From positions 10,956-74,955 of the forward strand of contig JAYWGM010000086.1 in NCBI GenBank assembly GCA_043778225.1: 64,000 bases of DNA, given 5' to 3'. Shown piece after piece: positions 41,675 through 51,573 of the stretch. The first letter of the stretch is position 1, and each line of letters begins with the position of its first letter. A program made the position numbers and the translations under genes. Source of the DNA: Deinococcales bacterium (GTDB taxonomy: Bacteria > Deinococcota > Deinococci > Deinococcales > JAAFIG01). Under the pieces are notes generated by a model. The model was given only the letters and a program-made list of their open reading frames with translations, ran no database searches and had not been told where the DNA came from.

Positions 41675-42358
41675 ATGTCAAATGCCAAAATGATTGTTGC
41701 CGAACCAAGGAGTAGGATTATTGCCTCTGACCTCGAGGGAACGCTGACAACTGGCGAAACATGGCGTGGACTTAGGGCGTACCTCGAGCAGCATGGGCGC
41801 AAAACCGATTTTCAGCTATTTTTTGCCAGCCAAATACTTGGGTTTACGGCTGCCAAGTTGGGTTTAATGCCAAAACGTGAATTTCAAAACCGTTGGACGG
41901 CCAACATCATGCGGCTTTTTGCTGGGCAGACGCTCGAGCAGTTTCAGGAGATTGCCACTTGGATTGCCGAACACGAACTGCTGCCCAAAGCTCGGCGCAG
42001 TGTGCTGTCCGAACTCGAGGCGGCTCGAGACCAAGGCACTCGGATTATTTTAGCCAGTGGCACGTATCAGCCAGTGCTTGAAGCCTTTGCCAAGCCTTTT
42101 GGTTTTGAAGCGATTGGCACGCCGCTTGAGTACAGCAACGGTCGGCTAATCGGCAAAGTGATTGGTCAAATCAATGTTGGACTCGAGAAGCGCCAGAAAC
42201 TCGAGCAACGACTGGCTGGACAAAAGCTGGACGTGGCGTATGGCGACACCCTGCCAGACATTCCAATGCTCGAGATGGCACAGACTGCTATTGTTGTCAG
42301 TGGCGACAGCGCCCTTGAACGAATTGCCAAAGCTCGGGGCTGGCGAATCGTGGCTTAA
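41675..42358 (+). CDS. HAD-IB family hydrolase
   Basis: SDLEGTL, ASG, AYGDTLPDIPMLE. Confidence 0.85.
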   Translation: MSNAKMIVAEPRSRIIASDLEGTLTTGETWRGLRAYLEQHGRKTDFQLFFASQILGFTAAKLGLMPKREFQNRWTANIMRLFAGQTLEQFQEIATWIAEHELLPKARRSVLSELEAARDQGTRIILASGTYQPVLEAFAKPFGFEAIGTPLEYSNGRLIGKVIGQINVGLEKRQKLEQRLAGQKLDVAYGDTLPDIPMLEMAQTAIVVSGDSALERIAKARGWRIVA

Positions 42359-43956
42359 AACCAGTTGCGGACAAGTGGAATAAAAGCAATACAGACCAAT
42401 AAACCAATTAAAAATACAGCCTGGGCAAGCATGGTCGGGATGGTGCTTTTGGCTCGAGCCGCCACAAAAACCAGCACACCGCCATGAAGCAGTAAAAGTG
42501 GCATTGGGGCAATCAAAAATAGTGCAAACATGGTTGTGGCAATACTCGAGCCAATCACGGTGCCATAGCGTTTCTCGAGCGGATAAAGCGCAAAAGCCCG
42601 AAAGAAAACCTCGCCCAATGGCAACACCAAAACCAATAAAATCAGTGAAACTCGCCAGTTGAGGACATCGGTGAAAAAGGTTGTTGCACCAATTTGACGG
42701 GTCAGATACTGGTATCCGATTGCCAGACCAATCAGTAGTAAACCCGCCGCAAAACCTTCGGCAAGGCTTTCTTGGCTTGGTTTACCGAAAAGCACTTGAC
42801 TGATTTTCCAGTCGTTGTTCTTGGCAGTTTGAAAACTCAGCACCAGCAAAGTCAGGGTGCTGACAATTAAAAAAGTGTCCAAGGCTGTGCCAGACTGATA
42901 CGGTGTAAGAATCGCAAAGAAATTCCCAAACAGCAAATTGCCAACAAAAAGGGCGGCAATGCCACCCGCCAAAACACTGATAATCAGCCAGCTGTAAGCT
43001 GTCCCAACCGACCACGGGCGCGGACCATCGAGGATTTCGATGGTCGAAAGCGGTTCGATACGGGCTTCGCCAATCAAGTGCAGCACCAACAGCAGCACAA
43101 TTCCCAAAAGCCACGGCAGGGTTCTTGAGATAAATAAACCAAACCAATTGCCACCAGAGTCCATTTGATTCATGACCCGTTGACCATCGGCAAAGCGCCC
43201 TTGCCCAAAATACGCATATGCCAGTGCGCCAAGGGCTTTTTGATAGGTCGAGCGCTCTTGAGCATTAAAGGCTTTGGGCTTAGAGACCACGCCCTCCAAG
43301 GTGCGAATTGCGTTTTGTAAGTCGCCCGTAATCCATTGGGTGCGCCCAAGGTCGGCAAGCAATGGCGTAGATTTATTGGGGGCTTCTTTTAGGACTGCCA
43401 AAGCCCGAAGCGGCTCATTTTTAAGGTATAAATCCGCCAGTTCACGGCGCGAAAGCACATCGCCAGAGACCAATTGTACGGCTCGCTTAAAGGTTTCTAA
43501 AGCCTCGTCAAAACGCGATAACCGCTTTTGCGACAACCCCAAGACCTTGTAGGCTCGCAGTTGGACATCGGCTGGTGCATTGGTCACTCGAGTCGCGGCT
43601 TGAATCGTGGCTTCCAGATTATTCTGGCGGTAAGCAATTTCGGCTTCGATCGTGTCGTCTTCGGCAATTGTGCCTTTGGCTCGAGCCAAGCCCAAGCTGG
43701 CGCTGGCTTCGCCAAATTTACCCAGTTCTAAAAGCACCCGAGCAAATAAACGATGATAGGCGGCGGTTTCTGGGTCGTATTGGACCGCACTGCGGCACTG
43801 GCTTTCGGCAGTAATCGGGTCGCTCAAGCGCAAAAAGAACTTTTGGCAGTCGGCAAAGTTGCGCTGCGCCACACGCTGGGTGTTAATCAGTTGTGCCGTG
43901 GCGATGTTGCCAAAAGCAAAAGTAAAAAAAACCAAAAAACCAGATAACCACTTCAT
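42355..43956 (-). CDS. TPR protein fused to a CPBP/Abi-like membrane domain
   Basis: Signal peptide, TPR repeats, C-terminal TMs with degenerate GEVFFR motif. Confidence 0.7.
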   Translation of the reverse strand: MKWLSGFLVFFTFAFGNIATAQLINTQRVAQRNFADCQKFFLRLSDPITAESQCRSAVQYDPETAAYHRLFARVLLELGKFGEASASLGLARAKGTIAEDDTIEAEIAYRQNNLEATIQAATRVTNAPADVQLRAYKVLGLSQKRLSRFDEALETFKRAVQLVSGDVLSRRELADLYLKNEPLRALAVLKEAPNKSTPLLADLGRTQWITGDLQNAIRTLEGVVSKPKAFNAQERSTYQKALGALAYAYFGQGRFADGQRVMNQMDSGGNWFGLFISRTLPWLLGIVLLLVLHLIGEARIEPLSTIEILDGPRPWSVGTAYSWLIISVLAGGIAALFVGNLLFGNFFAILTPYQSGTALDTFLIVSTLTLLVLSFQTAKNNDWKISQVLFGKPSQESLAEGFAAGLLLIGLAIGYQYLTRQIGATTFFTDVLNWRVSLILLVLVLPLGEVFFRAFALYPLEKRYGTVIGSSIATTMFALFLIAPMPLLLLHGGVLVFVAARAKSTIPTMLAQAVFLIGLLVCIAFIPLVRNWF

Positions 43957-44003
43957 TGTTAAGTATTCTACACATGAATTCAGCCAAGATGTTACCGTAA
44001 CTC

Positions 44004-44879
44004 ATGAAAACGCTGGCGCTGGCTTTGTCTGGTGGTGGAATTCGCGGTTGCGCCCATCTTGGTGTGCTGTTGGCATTTGAACAGGCGGGCATTCCGATTG
44101 CGGCAATCGCTGGGACATCGAGCGGCGCAATTGCAGCGATGATTTTTACCCGAGAAGCGCCCCAAACCCGAGGTCAAACCTATCAAAAACTCGAGCGAAT
44201 TGGGCGCTTAGGCTACGGCGAACTCGAGTACCTGTTTCATCCGCCCAAAAACCCCAATCCTCTGGATGCACTCAGTAAAACCGTGGCAAGTTGGGAAAAA
44301 GTGATTCGTGGTGGTGTTTTTGGGGCGGGTTTGGTCAGCCATGAACCGTTGCGCTCGAGCTTAATTGCTTTGGTTGGCGGCGCTCGGTTTGAGGATTCGC
44401 CGATTCCACTTGGATTCTTAGCGACCGACATCATGACTGGCGAACGGGTTGTGCTGCGCGAGGGTTCGATGCTCGAGGCAGCCTTGGCTTCGAGTGCGAT
44501 TCCAGGGGTTTTTGCCCCAGTCCAGATTGCGGGGCGGTTTTTGGTCGATGGTCATGTTCTCGAGAATGTGCCAGTCAGTGTGGCTCGAGAACTTGCCCCA
44601 GAGGCGCTGGTCTTGGCGGTGGATGTTGGCGACCAAAGCACCCCAGCCACGATTCCCAAAACCGCCCTTGATGTGATTTTACGCAGCGCCCATATCTCGA
44701 GGGACACGTTGCGTCGCCAGAGCATGGAACGTGCCGACTTGGTTTTGCGGCTTGGCGATTTACCCGGCGGCGCATTTGAATATGGGCAATCGCAAGCCCT
44801 GTTTGAAGCTGGCTTGGCTCGAGCCAGCGCCATGATGCCAGAGATAAAAGAGCGATTGGGCTTTTTGTTGCCCAAGTAG
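44004..44879 (+). CDS. Patatin-like phospholipase
   Basis: LSGGGIRG, GTSSGA, ASSAIPG, VDG. Confidence 0.9.
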   Translation: MKTLALALSGGGIRGCAHLGVLLAFEQAGIPIAAIAGTSSGAIAAMIFTREAPQTRGQTYQKLERIGRLGYGELEYLFHPPKNPNPLDALSKTVASWEKVIRGGVFGAGLVSHEPLRSSLIALVGGARFEDSPIPLGFLATDIMTGERVVLREGSMLEAALASSAIPGVFAPVQIAGRFLVDGHVLENVPVSVARELAPEALVLAVDVGDQSTPATIPKTALDVILRSAHISRDTLRRQSMERADLVLRLGDLPGGAFEYGQSQALFEAGLARASAMMPEIKERLGFLLPK

Positions 44880-44917
44880 CACAGTAAAAACCAGTCTCGA
44901 GGATACACTAAAAGCCT

Positions 44918-45859
44918 ATGGAATACAGACGACTTGGAAACAGTGGCTTAAAAATCTCGAGAATTGCCTTGGGTGGCTGGACAACCTTTGGCGGCAGTGT
45001 CACCGATGAAGCCTTGGCGCGGAGCATCATCGAACAAGCCATTGAAGGCGGAATTAACTTTTTTGACCAAGCCGATATTTATGCCAAAGGGCAATCCGAG
45101 CTTTTGATGGGCAAAATCCTCAAAGACCAAAACCGCAATAACTTGGTCATCTCGAGTAAGTGCTATTGGAATATGTCCGAAGACCCCAACGACCGTGGTC
45201 TGTCGCGCAAGCACATCATGCAGAGCGTAGATGGCAGCCTCAAGCGCCTTGGTACGGATTATTTGGATATGTACTTTTGTCATCGCTATGACCTCGAGAC
45301 CCCACTCGAGGAAACCGTTTCTGCCATGACCGATTTGGTACGCACGGGCAAAATTTTGTACTGGGGAACATCCGAATGGACTGGTCAGCAAATCGAAGAC
45401 GCGGTGACGCTGGCAAAAGCCAATGGCTTGGTTGCGCCTGTGGTCGAGCAGCCGCACTACAGCCTTGCCTTTCGTCAGCGCGTCGAGCAAGAAATCATGC
45501 CAACCACCACCAAGCACGGCATTGGGCTGGTGGTTTGGTCACCGTTGGGCATGGGTGTTTTAACTGGCAAATTCGACAACGGCGAAGTGCTTGGCTCGAG
45601 ACTGACCGACACCAAAATTGGGCGCGAGTTGTACACCCCAGAAATCATCGAAAAAGTGCGCCAATTAAAACCCATTGCCGATGAACTTGGGATAACCCGC
45701 ACGGCTTTGGCGCTTGGCTGGGTGCTGCGAAGCCAAGCTGTCTCGAGCGCGATTGTTGGCGCAACCAAACCCGAGCAACTTTCCGAAAGCCTCAAAGCCA
45801 AGGATTTGGTTTTAGAAGCCAGTGTTCTCGAGAAGCTAGACTCAATTTTTAGTTTATAA
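44918..45859 (+). CDS. Aldo/keto reductase (Kv-beta-like)
   Basis: YRRLGNSGL, FDQADIY, SK, HRYD, WGTSEW, WSPLG. Confidence 0.9.
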   Translation: MEYRRLGNSGLKISRIALGGWTTFGGSVTDEALARSIIEQAIEGGINFFDQADIYAKGQSELLMGKILKDQNRNNLVISSKCYWNMSEDPNDRGLSRKHIMQSVDGSLKRLGTDYLDMYFCHRYDLETPLEETVSAMTDLVRTGKILYWGTSEWTGQQIEDAVTLAKANGLVAPVVEQPHYSLAFRQRVEQEIMPTTTKHGIGLVVWSPLGMGVLTGKFDNGEVLGSRLTDTKIGRELYTPEIIEKVRQLKPIADELGITRTALALGWVLRSQAVSSAIVGATKPEQLSESLKAKDLVLEASVLEKLDSIFSL

Positions 45860-47218
45860 GCCCAGCACCAATCTGGCGATGTTAAAGTAAATCAATAAGC
45901 CTGTGGCATCCATAATCGTGGCTAAAAATGGACTCGAGGTTAAAGCCGGGTCTATTTTTAGTTTGTAAAAAGCAATCGGTAGCATTGCGCCGACCATGTT
46001 GGAGACCAGCACAATTGCAAAAACCGCCAAAGCAATCGTCAGGGCAATTGGTGTGCCGGCTTCGGATTTTAAGAGCAGCACCCGCACAAAAGCGAAAATT
46101 GCCAAGGTGATACCGAGCAGTAAGCCCGTGCTAAATTCTTTGCCCAGCACTTTTAAGGCATCGCGCCCACGAATTTGTCCTTGCGAAATGGCGCGGATAA
46201 TCAGCACCGCGCTCTGTGAACCAGTGTTGCCACCCGTGCCAATCAGGGCAGCAATATAACTTTGCAAAATAATTTGTTGTTTTAATAAATCCTCGTAGCT
46301 CGAGTTGACCGAGACGGTTAAAAGCTCCGAGACCGACAAAGCCGCCAACCACAACACCCGCTTACGCCACAAAGTAAACGGACTGGTGCGAAGGTAATCA
46401 ATCTCCGAGCCTTCCATGGCTGCACCTTTATAAATGTCTTCGGTGGCTTCTTCTTCGATGACATCAATCACGTCATCAATCGTGATGATGCCTTTAAGGA
46501 CTCCATTCACATCCACCACCGGCATGACATTGAGGTCGTAATCGCGCATTAAACGCGCCACTTCTTCTTGGTCGGTATCGGTGCGGGCAAAAATAATTTC
46601 GCGCCGTGCAATGTCCTCAATTTTGGCTCGAGGTGGAGCAGTCACCAGACTTTGCAAAGAAATCATGCCGGTCAGTTTTTCTTCGGCATTGACGACATAT
46701 AAATTACTGACTGTTTCGGCGTGGTCGGCGGCTTGGCGCAAAAATTGTAAGGTGTGCTGCACCGTCCAAGCCTCGAGAACCGCCACAAACTCCGAGGTCA
46801 TCATGCCGCCTGCGTCGTCGTCTTCGTATTGCAACAGCGTTAAAGCACTCGAAGAAAGGGTCGGTGGCAGGGCAGCCAACAAGTGGTCTCGAGCTTCGCC
46901 ACTGCCGAGTTCTTGGAGTAAATCGGCAATTTCGTCCGGTCCAATAAACGCACCCATAACCCGCAAACGGTTGGCGGTTAGGTCAGTTAGGTACTCGGCT
47001 TGCTCTGGCAGAGGTAAATCGGTAAAGGTGCTGGCAGCCCGTTCGACTGGCAGGAGGCGCAAAAACTCGAGTCGTTCGCTGCGTGTGGCATCTTGGAAAG
47101 CCGCGTCAAGGCTGGTTTCGGGCTGACTGCGGAGTAAGGCTTTGAACTCGAGGCGTTCGCCTTCGCGCAATACCGCCAGAAGTTGGCTCGGCTCGAGGAC
47201 AGTTTCAAAACTGGTCAT
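45854..47218 (-). CDS. mgtE: Magnesium transporter MgtE
   Basis: CBS pair (AGGMMT, GIITIDD), GGNTGSQ, DPALTSSP, ATIMD. Confidence 0.93.
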   Translation of the reverse strand: MTSFETVLEPSQLLAVLREGERLEFKALLRSQPETSLDAAFQDATRSERLEFLRLLPVERAASTFTDLPLPEQAEYLTDLTANRLRVMGAFIGPDEIADLLQELGSGEARDHLLAALPPTLSSSALTLLQYEDDDAGGMMTSEFVAVLEAWTVQHTLQFLRQAADHAETVSNLYVVNAEEKLTGMISLQSLVTAPPRAKIEDIARREIIFARTDTDQEEVARLMRDYDLNVMPVVDVNGVLKGIITIDDVIDVIEEEATEDIYKGAAMEGSEIDYLRTSPFTLWRKRVLWLAALSVSELLTVSVNSSYEDLLKQQIILQSYIAALIGTGGNTGSQSAVLIIRAISQGQIRGRDALKVLGKEFSTGLLLGITLAIFAFVRVLLLKSEAGTPIALTIALAVFAIVLVSNMVGAMLPIAFYKLKIDPALTSSPFLATIMDATGLLIYFNIARLVLGL

Positions 47219-47245
47219 GGTTCACCCCATTTTTTAGTGCATGAC

Positions 47246-47326
47246 TTATCTGGGGTTCAAGGCAACATGAACCCCGCGACGACTTAACGGCTCTGGGTCG
47301 GCTGTGTTACTTAGCTCGGTTTTCAT
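47246..47326 (-). CDS. Putative 26-aa leader peptide of mgtE (MKTELSNTADPEPLSRRGVHVALNPR)
   Basis: AAGGGGTG RBS; ORF lies between promoter and mgtE; hairpin at its 3' end. Confidence 0.55.
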   Translation of the reverse strand: MKTELSNTADPEPLSRRGVHVALNPR

Positions 47327-47363
47327 ATCACCCCTTTTTCGAGAAAATTATCTCGAGGCTTGC

Positions 47364-47393
47364 AGTCTAAGTCGGTGTTTGTGGCTGTGTCAA
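47364..47393 (-). promoter_or_regulatory. Sigma70-type promoter for mgtE
   Basis: TTGACA-18 bp-TAGACT on the minus strand. Confidence 0.6.
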
Positions 47394-47408
47394 TCGTAGA
47401 ATGACCAG

Positions 47409-48047
47409 ATGATAGAAGCGGTTTTTTTTGATGTTGGCGAAACTTTGGTTTCAGAAACCGAACAGTGGGGACACTGGGCAGACGTACTCGGTGTCTCGAG
47501 GCTGACTTTTTTTGCAGCACTCGGGATGGTGATTAGCAACAATTGGCATCACCGACTGGTCTTTGAATTGTTTGGTACAACCTACCAAGCAGCACGACTC
47601 GCGCAAGAAAAACGTGGCATTGTGGCTCAAGAAATACAAATTTCAGATTTTTACTCAGATGCGATTCCTTGCCTTTTGGCACTGCGCCAAGCGGGTATCA
47701 AGGTTGGCATTGCTGGCAACCAACCCGAACGCACCGAACAGATTTTAAGCCATCTCGAGTTACCGATTGATTATTTGGCTTCAAGTGCCAGTTGGGGCAT
47801 CGAAAAACCCGACCCCGCTTTTTTTAAGCGCATCATCGAAATCACCAAGCTCGAGCCAGCGCAGATTGCCTATGTTGGCGACCGCCTCGACAACGATATT
47901 TTGCCTGCCAAAGCCCTTGGGATAACGGCGGTGTTTCTCGAGCGTGGACCATGGGGAATCATTCATGCCCAACGCGAGGAAGTCAAAAAAGCCGACCTGC
48001 ATTTACGCAGCCTCAAGCCTTTGCTGGGTCATCTTTTAGGTGCCTAA
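47409..48047 (+). CDS. HAD family hydrolase
   Basis: FDVGETL, KPDP, YVGDRLDND. Confidence 0.88.
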   Translation: MIEAVFFDVGETLVSETEQWGHWADVLGVSRLTFFAALGMVISNNWHHRLVFELFGTTYQAARLAQEKRGIVAQEIQISDFYSDAIPCLLALRQAGIKVGIAGNQPERTEQILSHLELPIDYLASSASWGIEKPDPAFFKRIIEITKLEPAQIAYVGDRLDNDILPAKALGITAVFLERGPWGIIHAQREEVKKADLHLRSLKPLLGHLLGA

Positions 48048-49025
48048 AATTGTTTCAATTTGCTCGAGTTCTAAAGCCTCAAAGGCTAACTTATCCAATG
48101 CCCCAACCGCGTCTTCGATTTGGCTGACACTGCTTGCACCGATTAAAGCCGAATTGACTTGAGGTAAACGCAGCACCCAAGCCAATGCCATTTGGGCAAG
48201 CGTCTGCCCTCGAGCTTGGGCTAACATATTTAAGGCTTGGACTTTCTCGAGTTTATGGTCGGTGATTTGTTCTGGGCGCAAATACCCATGGGCTTTACTG
48301 GCGCGTGAACCATCGGGGATACCCGTTAAGTATTTACTCGAGAGTAAGCCCTGAGCCAACGGCGAAAAAACAATTGAACCGATGCCTTCTTGGTGCAACA
48401 CCTCGGTCAAACCATTTTCGATCCAACGGTCAAACATATTGTAGTTGGGTTGGTGAATCAGGCATGGCGTACCGAGTTGGCGCAGGATTTTAGCGGCTTC
48501 TAAAGTCTGTTCTGGGTTGTAACTCGAGATACCGGCGTACAATGCCCTGCCGCTTCGGACAATAAAATCAAGGGCTTGCATCGTTTCCTCAAGTGGCGTG
48601 TTGGGGTCAAAGCGGTGCGAATAAAAAATATCGACATAAGGCACGTTCATGCGTTTCAGGCTTTGGTCACAACTGGCAACCAAGTATTTGCGGCTGCCCC
48701 ACTCGCCATATGGACCCGCCCACATCAAGTAGCCAGCCTTGCTCGAGAGGATGAGTTCATCGCGGTACGGCATAAAATCTTGCTTAAAAATCGTGCCAAA
48801 GTTTTCTTCGGCGCTGCCGGGCGGTGGACCATAATTGTTAGCAAGGTCAAAGTGGTTAATCCCAAGGTCAAAGGCACGGCGCAGCATCGCACGGCTGTTC
48901 TCGAGGGTGTCTACGCCACCAAAGTTATGCCATAACCCCAGCGAAATCGCGGGCAGTTGCAGTCCGCTTTTGCCAACGCGGTTGTAAAGCATTTTGTCAT
49001 ACCGATTTTCGGAAGCTGAGTACAT
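48036..49025 (-). CDS. L-glyceraldehyde 3-phosphate reductase-like aldo/keto reductase (YghZ/AKR14)
   Basis: SLGLWHNFG, DLANNYGPPPGSAE, WGSRKYL. Confidence 0.92.
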   Translation of the reverse strand: MYSASENRYDKMLYNRVGKSGLQLPAISLGLWHNFGGVDTLENSRAMLRRAFDLGINHFDLANNYGPPPGSAEENFGTIFKQDFMPYRDELILSSKAGYLMWAGPYGEWGSRKYLVASCDQSLKRMNVPYVDIFYSHRFDPNTPLEETMQALDFIVRSGRALYAGISSYNPEQTLEAAKILRQLGTPCLIHQPNYNMFDRWIENGLTEVLHQEGIGSIVFSPLAQGLLSSKYLTGIPDGSRASKAHGYLRPEQITDHKLEKVQALNMLAQARGQTLAQMALAWVLRLPQVNSALIGASSVSQIEDAVGALDKLAFEALELEQIETILGT

Positions 49026-49152
49026 AACAGATTCTAACACGTTTACCGTAGTTCACCCTGTGAGACAATATAAATTGTAATGCACTTTGAAAAAAAGGTC
49101 TAAGCCGTTTACCCAATAGCAAATGAAAGCTCTGACCAACTAAAATTTAAGC

Positions 49153-49317
49153 ATGGCACGACAGCGCATTAAAAAAACCGACCTCGAGAAACTCAAAATG
49201 ACGTTAGAGAAACCCAAACCAATTCTGGGTCATGTGGTCTCGAGACCTGTGCAAACCCACGAAAACGAACGGCGCTATAACCGCAAGCGCGATAAAAAAG
49301 TGGATACAAACGAATGA
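49153..49317 (+). CDS. Small basic protein (54 aa), not in the ORF track
   Basis: TAAAAT 6 nt before the ATG; ATGA overlap with the MFS gene. Confidence 0.6.
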   Translation: MARQRIKKTDLEKLKMTLEKPKPILGHVVSRPVQTHENERRYNRKRDKKVDTNE

Positions 49318-50615
49318 AGGAACTCTGGGCTTCGGCGGGTGGTCGCACCTTTCTAACGATGTGGTTAGGACAAAGTATTTCTAGTTTTGGCTCGAGACTG
49401 ACCATTTTTGCCTTTGGAATTTGGTTGTACAAAGAAACTGGTTTGGCTACGCCGCTTTATTTAACGGCTTTGGCGGGTTTTCTGCCGGGTGTGTTGCTCG
49501 CTCCGATTGCTGGTGTACTGGTCGACCGTTACGACCGCCGTAGCGTGATGTTATTGGTCAATACCGTTCACACACTGGTGACGCTGGCGCAGTTTTTTGT
49601 TATTTCAAGCGGACAGACCAATATACCAATTATTCTGGGGCTGCTTGCTATTAGCAGTGCCGCCGAGACCTTCCAGTTTCCAGCCGAAGCCTCAAGCATG
49701 AGTGTGCTTGTACCCAAAGAACAACTGGGGCAAGCCAACGGCTTATACGCGATGATGAGTGGGGCTGGAGATTTAGTTGCACCGATTGCTGGAGCGCTTT
49801 TGGTCTCGAGCATCGGCATTGCTGGGATTTTACTGATTGACTTGGCGAGTTTTGCCTTTGAATTCTTAACGCTGTTTATCATTCGAATTCCCAGACCAGC
49901 ACAGTCGGATATTGGCTCGAGAATGCAGGGTGGGGTGCTGGCTCAGGCTCGAGATGGTTTTAGGTTCATTACCCAAAGACCGGGCTTGTTGAGTCTGCTG
50001 ATTACGTTTTCGGGAGTGAATTTTTTCTTGGGAATCGTGCAGAATTTGCAAGTCCCTTTAGTTCTCTCGAGAAGTACCGACCCGAGTGCGGTTGGTATTA
50101 TTGCCTCGAGTTTTGGTGTGGGTGTGTTGCTGGGGGGCTTGTATATGACCAGTACGGGTGGACTAAAACCTCGAGTGCATGGGGTTTTTGCGGGTATTGG
50201 TTTATCAGGGTTACTTGGCACAGCCCTGTTTGGTTTGGCGCAAAGTATTCCAATTTGGATGTTGGCTAATTTTTTTGCGGGTTTTTTGTTGCCAGTCCTC
50301 AACGGCGCAAGCCAAAGCATTTGGCAATCCAAAACCCCGCCCGACATTCAAGGCAGGGTTTTTGCAGCACGGCGGCAAATCGCTCAGATTACTACTCCGA
50401 TGGCGTTTATCATTGCGGGTCCAGTGGCAGATTTGGTCTTTAAGCCATATTTCTCGAGTAACGACTCTTGGGCGTGGCTCTTGGGTGGCTCGAGTGGTCG
50501 TGGGTACGCAGCCATGTTTGTCCTGTTTGGGATTCTGGTGTCCTTCTGGGGTTTTGCAGCGTATTTGCGTCCGGCGGCTCGAAATGTCGAGCGTGATATT
50601 CCAGATGCAACTTGA
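49314..50615 (+). CDS. MFS transporter (DHA3-like)
   Basis: GVLVDRYDRR motif A, QGRVFA, about 12 TMs. Confidence 0.9.
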   Translation: MKELWASAGGRTFLTMWLGQSISSFGSRLTIFAFGIWLYKETGLATPLYLTALAGFLPGVLLAPIAGVLVDRYDRRSVMLLVNTVHTLVTLAQFFVISSGQTNIPIILGLLAISSAAETFQFPAEASSMSVLVPKEQLGQANGLYAMMSGAGDLVAPIAGALLVSSIGIAGILLIDLASFAFEFLTLFIIRIPRPAQSDIGSRMQGGVLAQARDGFRFITQRPGLLSLLITFSGVNFFLGIVQNLQVPLVLSRSTDPSAVGIIASSFGVGVLLGGLYMTSTGGLKPRVHGVFAGIGLSGLLGTALFGLAQSIPIWMLANFFAGFLLPVLNGASQSIWQSKTPPDIQGRVFAARRQIAQITTPMAFIIAGPVADLVFKPYFSSNDSWAWLLGGSSGRGYAAMFVLFGILVSFWGFAAYLRPAARNVERDIPDAT

Positions 50616-50617
50616 TC

Positions 50618-51010
50618 TTAAATTTGTGCTTGTGGGAATACAGTACGAACTTCTGGCAGTTTCTTGTCTCTTGGTCGTAAAATGATTTCAACGTCGCAAT
50701 TAGCAGCTTGTGCATGATCCAAAAGTGTTGAAAGTGTCAAGTTACTGTGCTGCGATTCAATTTGTGTCACCCGAGGGGCGCTAAGATGCAATGCTTTTGC
50801 GATGTCCTTGCTGCGTAAACCTGCCTGACGACGAACTTGTTTTAAGGCTTGACTGATGGCATTGGTAAGAATGATTTCTCGAGTTTCCTCAAGCATTGCC
50901 GCAGGGCTTCGTGTTTTTTGAAGTGTATCTTTAGGAACATAAACCTCGAGTATCATGCCATTTTTTTCATCAGGCGTGAGTGCTGCCAATAAGTTTTCGA
51001 GTGTTTTCAT
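50618..51010 (-). CDS. XRE-family HTH antitoxin (HigA-like)
   Basis: LKQVRRQAGL...IAKAL...RVTQIE HTH; coupled to upstream gene. Confidence 0.8.
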   Translation of the reverse strand: MKTLENLLAALTPDEKNGMILEVYVPKDTLQKTRSPAAMLEETREIILTNAISQALKQVRRQAGLRSKDIAKALHLSAPRVTQIESQHSNLTLSTLLDHAQAANCDVEIILRPRDKKLPEVRTVFPQAQI

Positions 51011-51420
51011 GATGCCCTCCGTAACATGGTTATTGGGTCATGCTTAAAAGCAAGATAGATTTCTAGTGCTTCTTGCAGCTTATTTGGATTTACGTTTTTT
51101 TCAGGTTTAATTTCTGCATTGACCAGTACAGCAACAAGCACAGCCATATTTTCTTCAAAGATTTGCAATGGAAACCAGTAAACTCGTGCGCCACCTTTGA
51201 TACCGCCTCGAGAGCGGGTTTTAAGTTCCCATATTGGTGTTCCTTGAAGTGTTTTTGCATAACGACTTTCAAGTTCGTTCTGTACAAGGTCTTCAAGCAT
51301 TTGAATAATTGAATTGAGGGCTTCTTGATGGTTGGCTTGACTTATTTCGATTAAATTTTCGATAATCAAGGGGTGTTCTGCGGTTGGCTTATTAGGGTGT
51401 CGAGCTTCAATAAGACGCAC
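51007..51420 (-). CDS. RelE/HigB-like toxin
   Basis: KTLQGTPIWELK...ARVYWF; toxin-first arrangement. Confidence 0.7.
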   Translation of the reverse strand: MRLIEARHPNKPTAEHPLIIENLIEISQANHQEALNSIIQMLEDLVQNELESRYAKTLQGTPIWELKTRSRGGIKGGARVYWFPLQIFEENMAVLVAVLVNAEIKPEKNVNPNKLQEALEIYLAFKHDPITMLRRAS

Positions 51421-51455
51421 AATTAAGTTATATATTAATTTATTCTTTTCGTCAA
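51421..51455 (-). promoter_or_regulatory. Leaderless promoter and operator of the TA pair
   Basis: TTGACG-17 bp-TATAAC, 6 nt from the GTG; AATTAA-n8-TTAATT palindrome. Confidence 0.55.
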
Positions 51456-51573
51456 GAACTTTGGATCTTCAATCTTGAGAGTCTGTAGCGCGTGGGACAT
51501 TCTGGGTTTGACCTTCTCGAGCCACACCACTAAAATGAGACGCTTATCGTTCTATTTTAGAGGAGGCTGGAAA

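Noticed and set aside
47219..47400. M-box riboswitch upstream of mgtE
   Set aside because: I could not recognise the consensus; an Rfam scan is needed to exclude it formally
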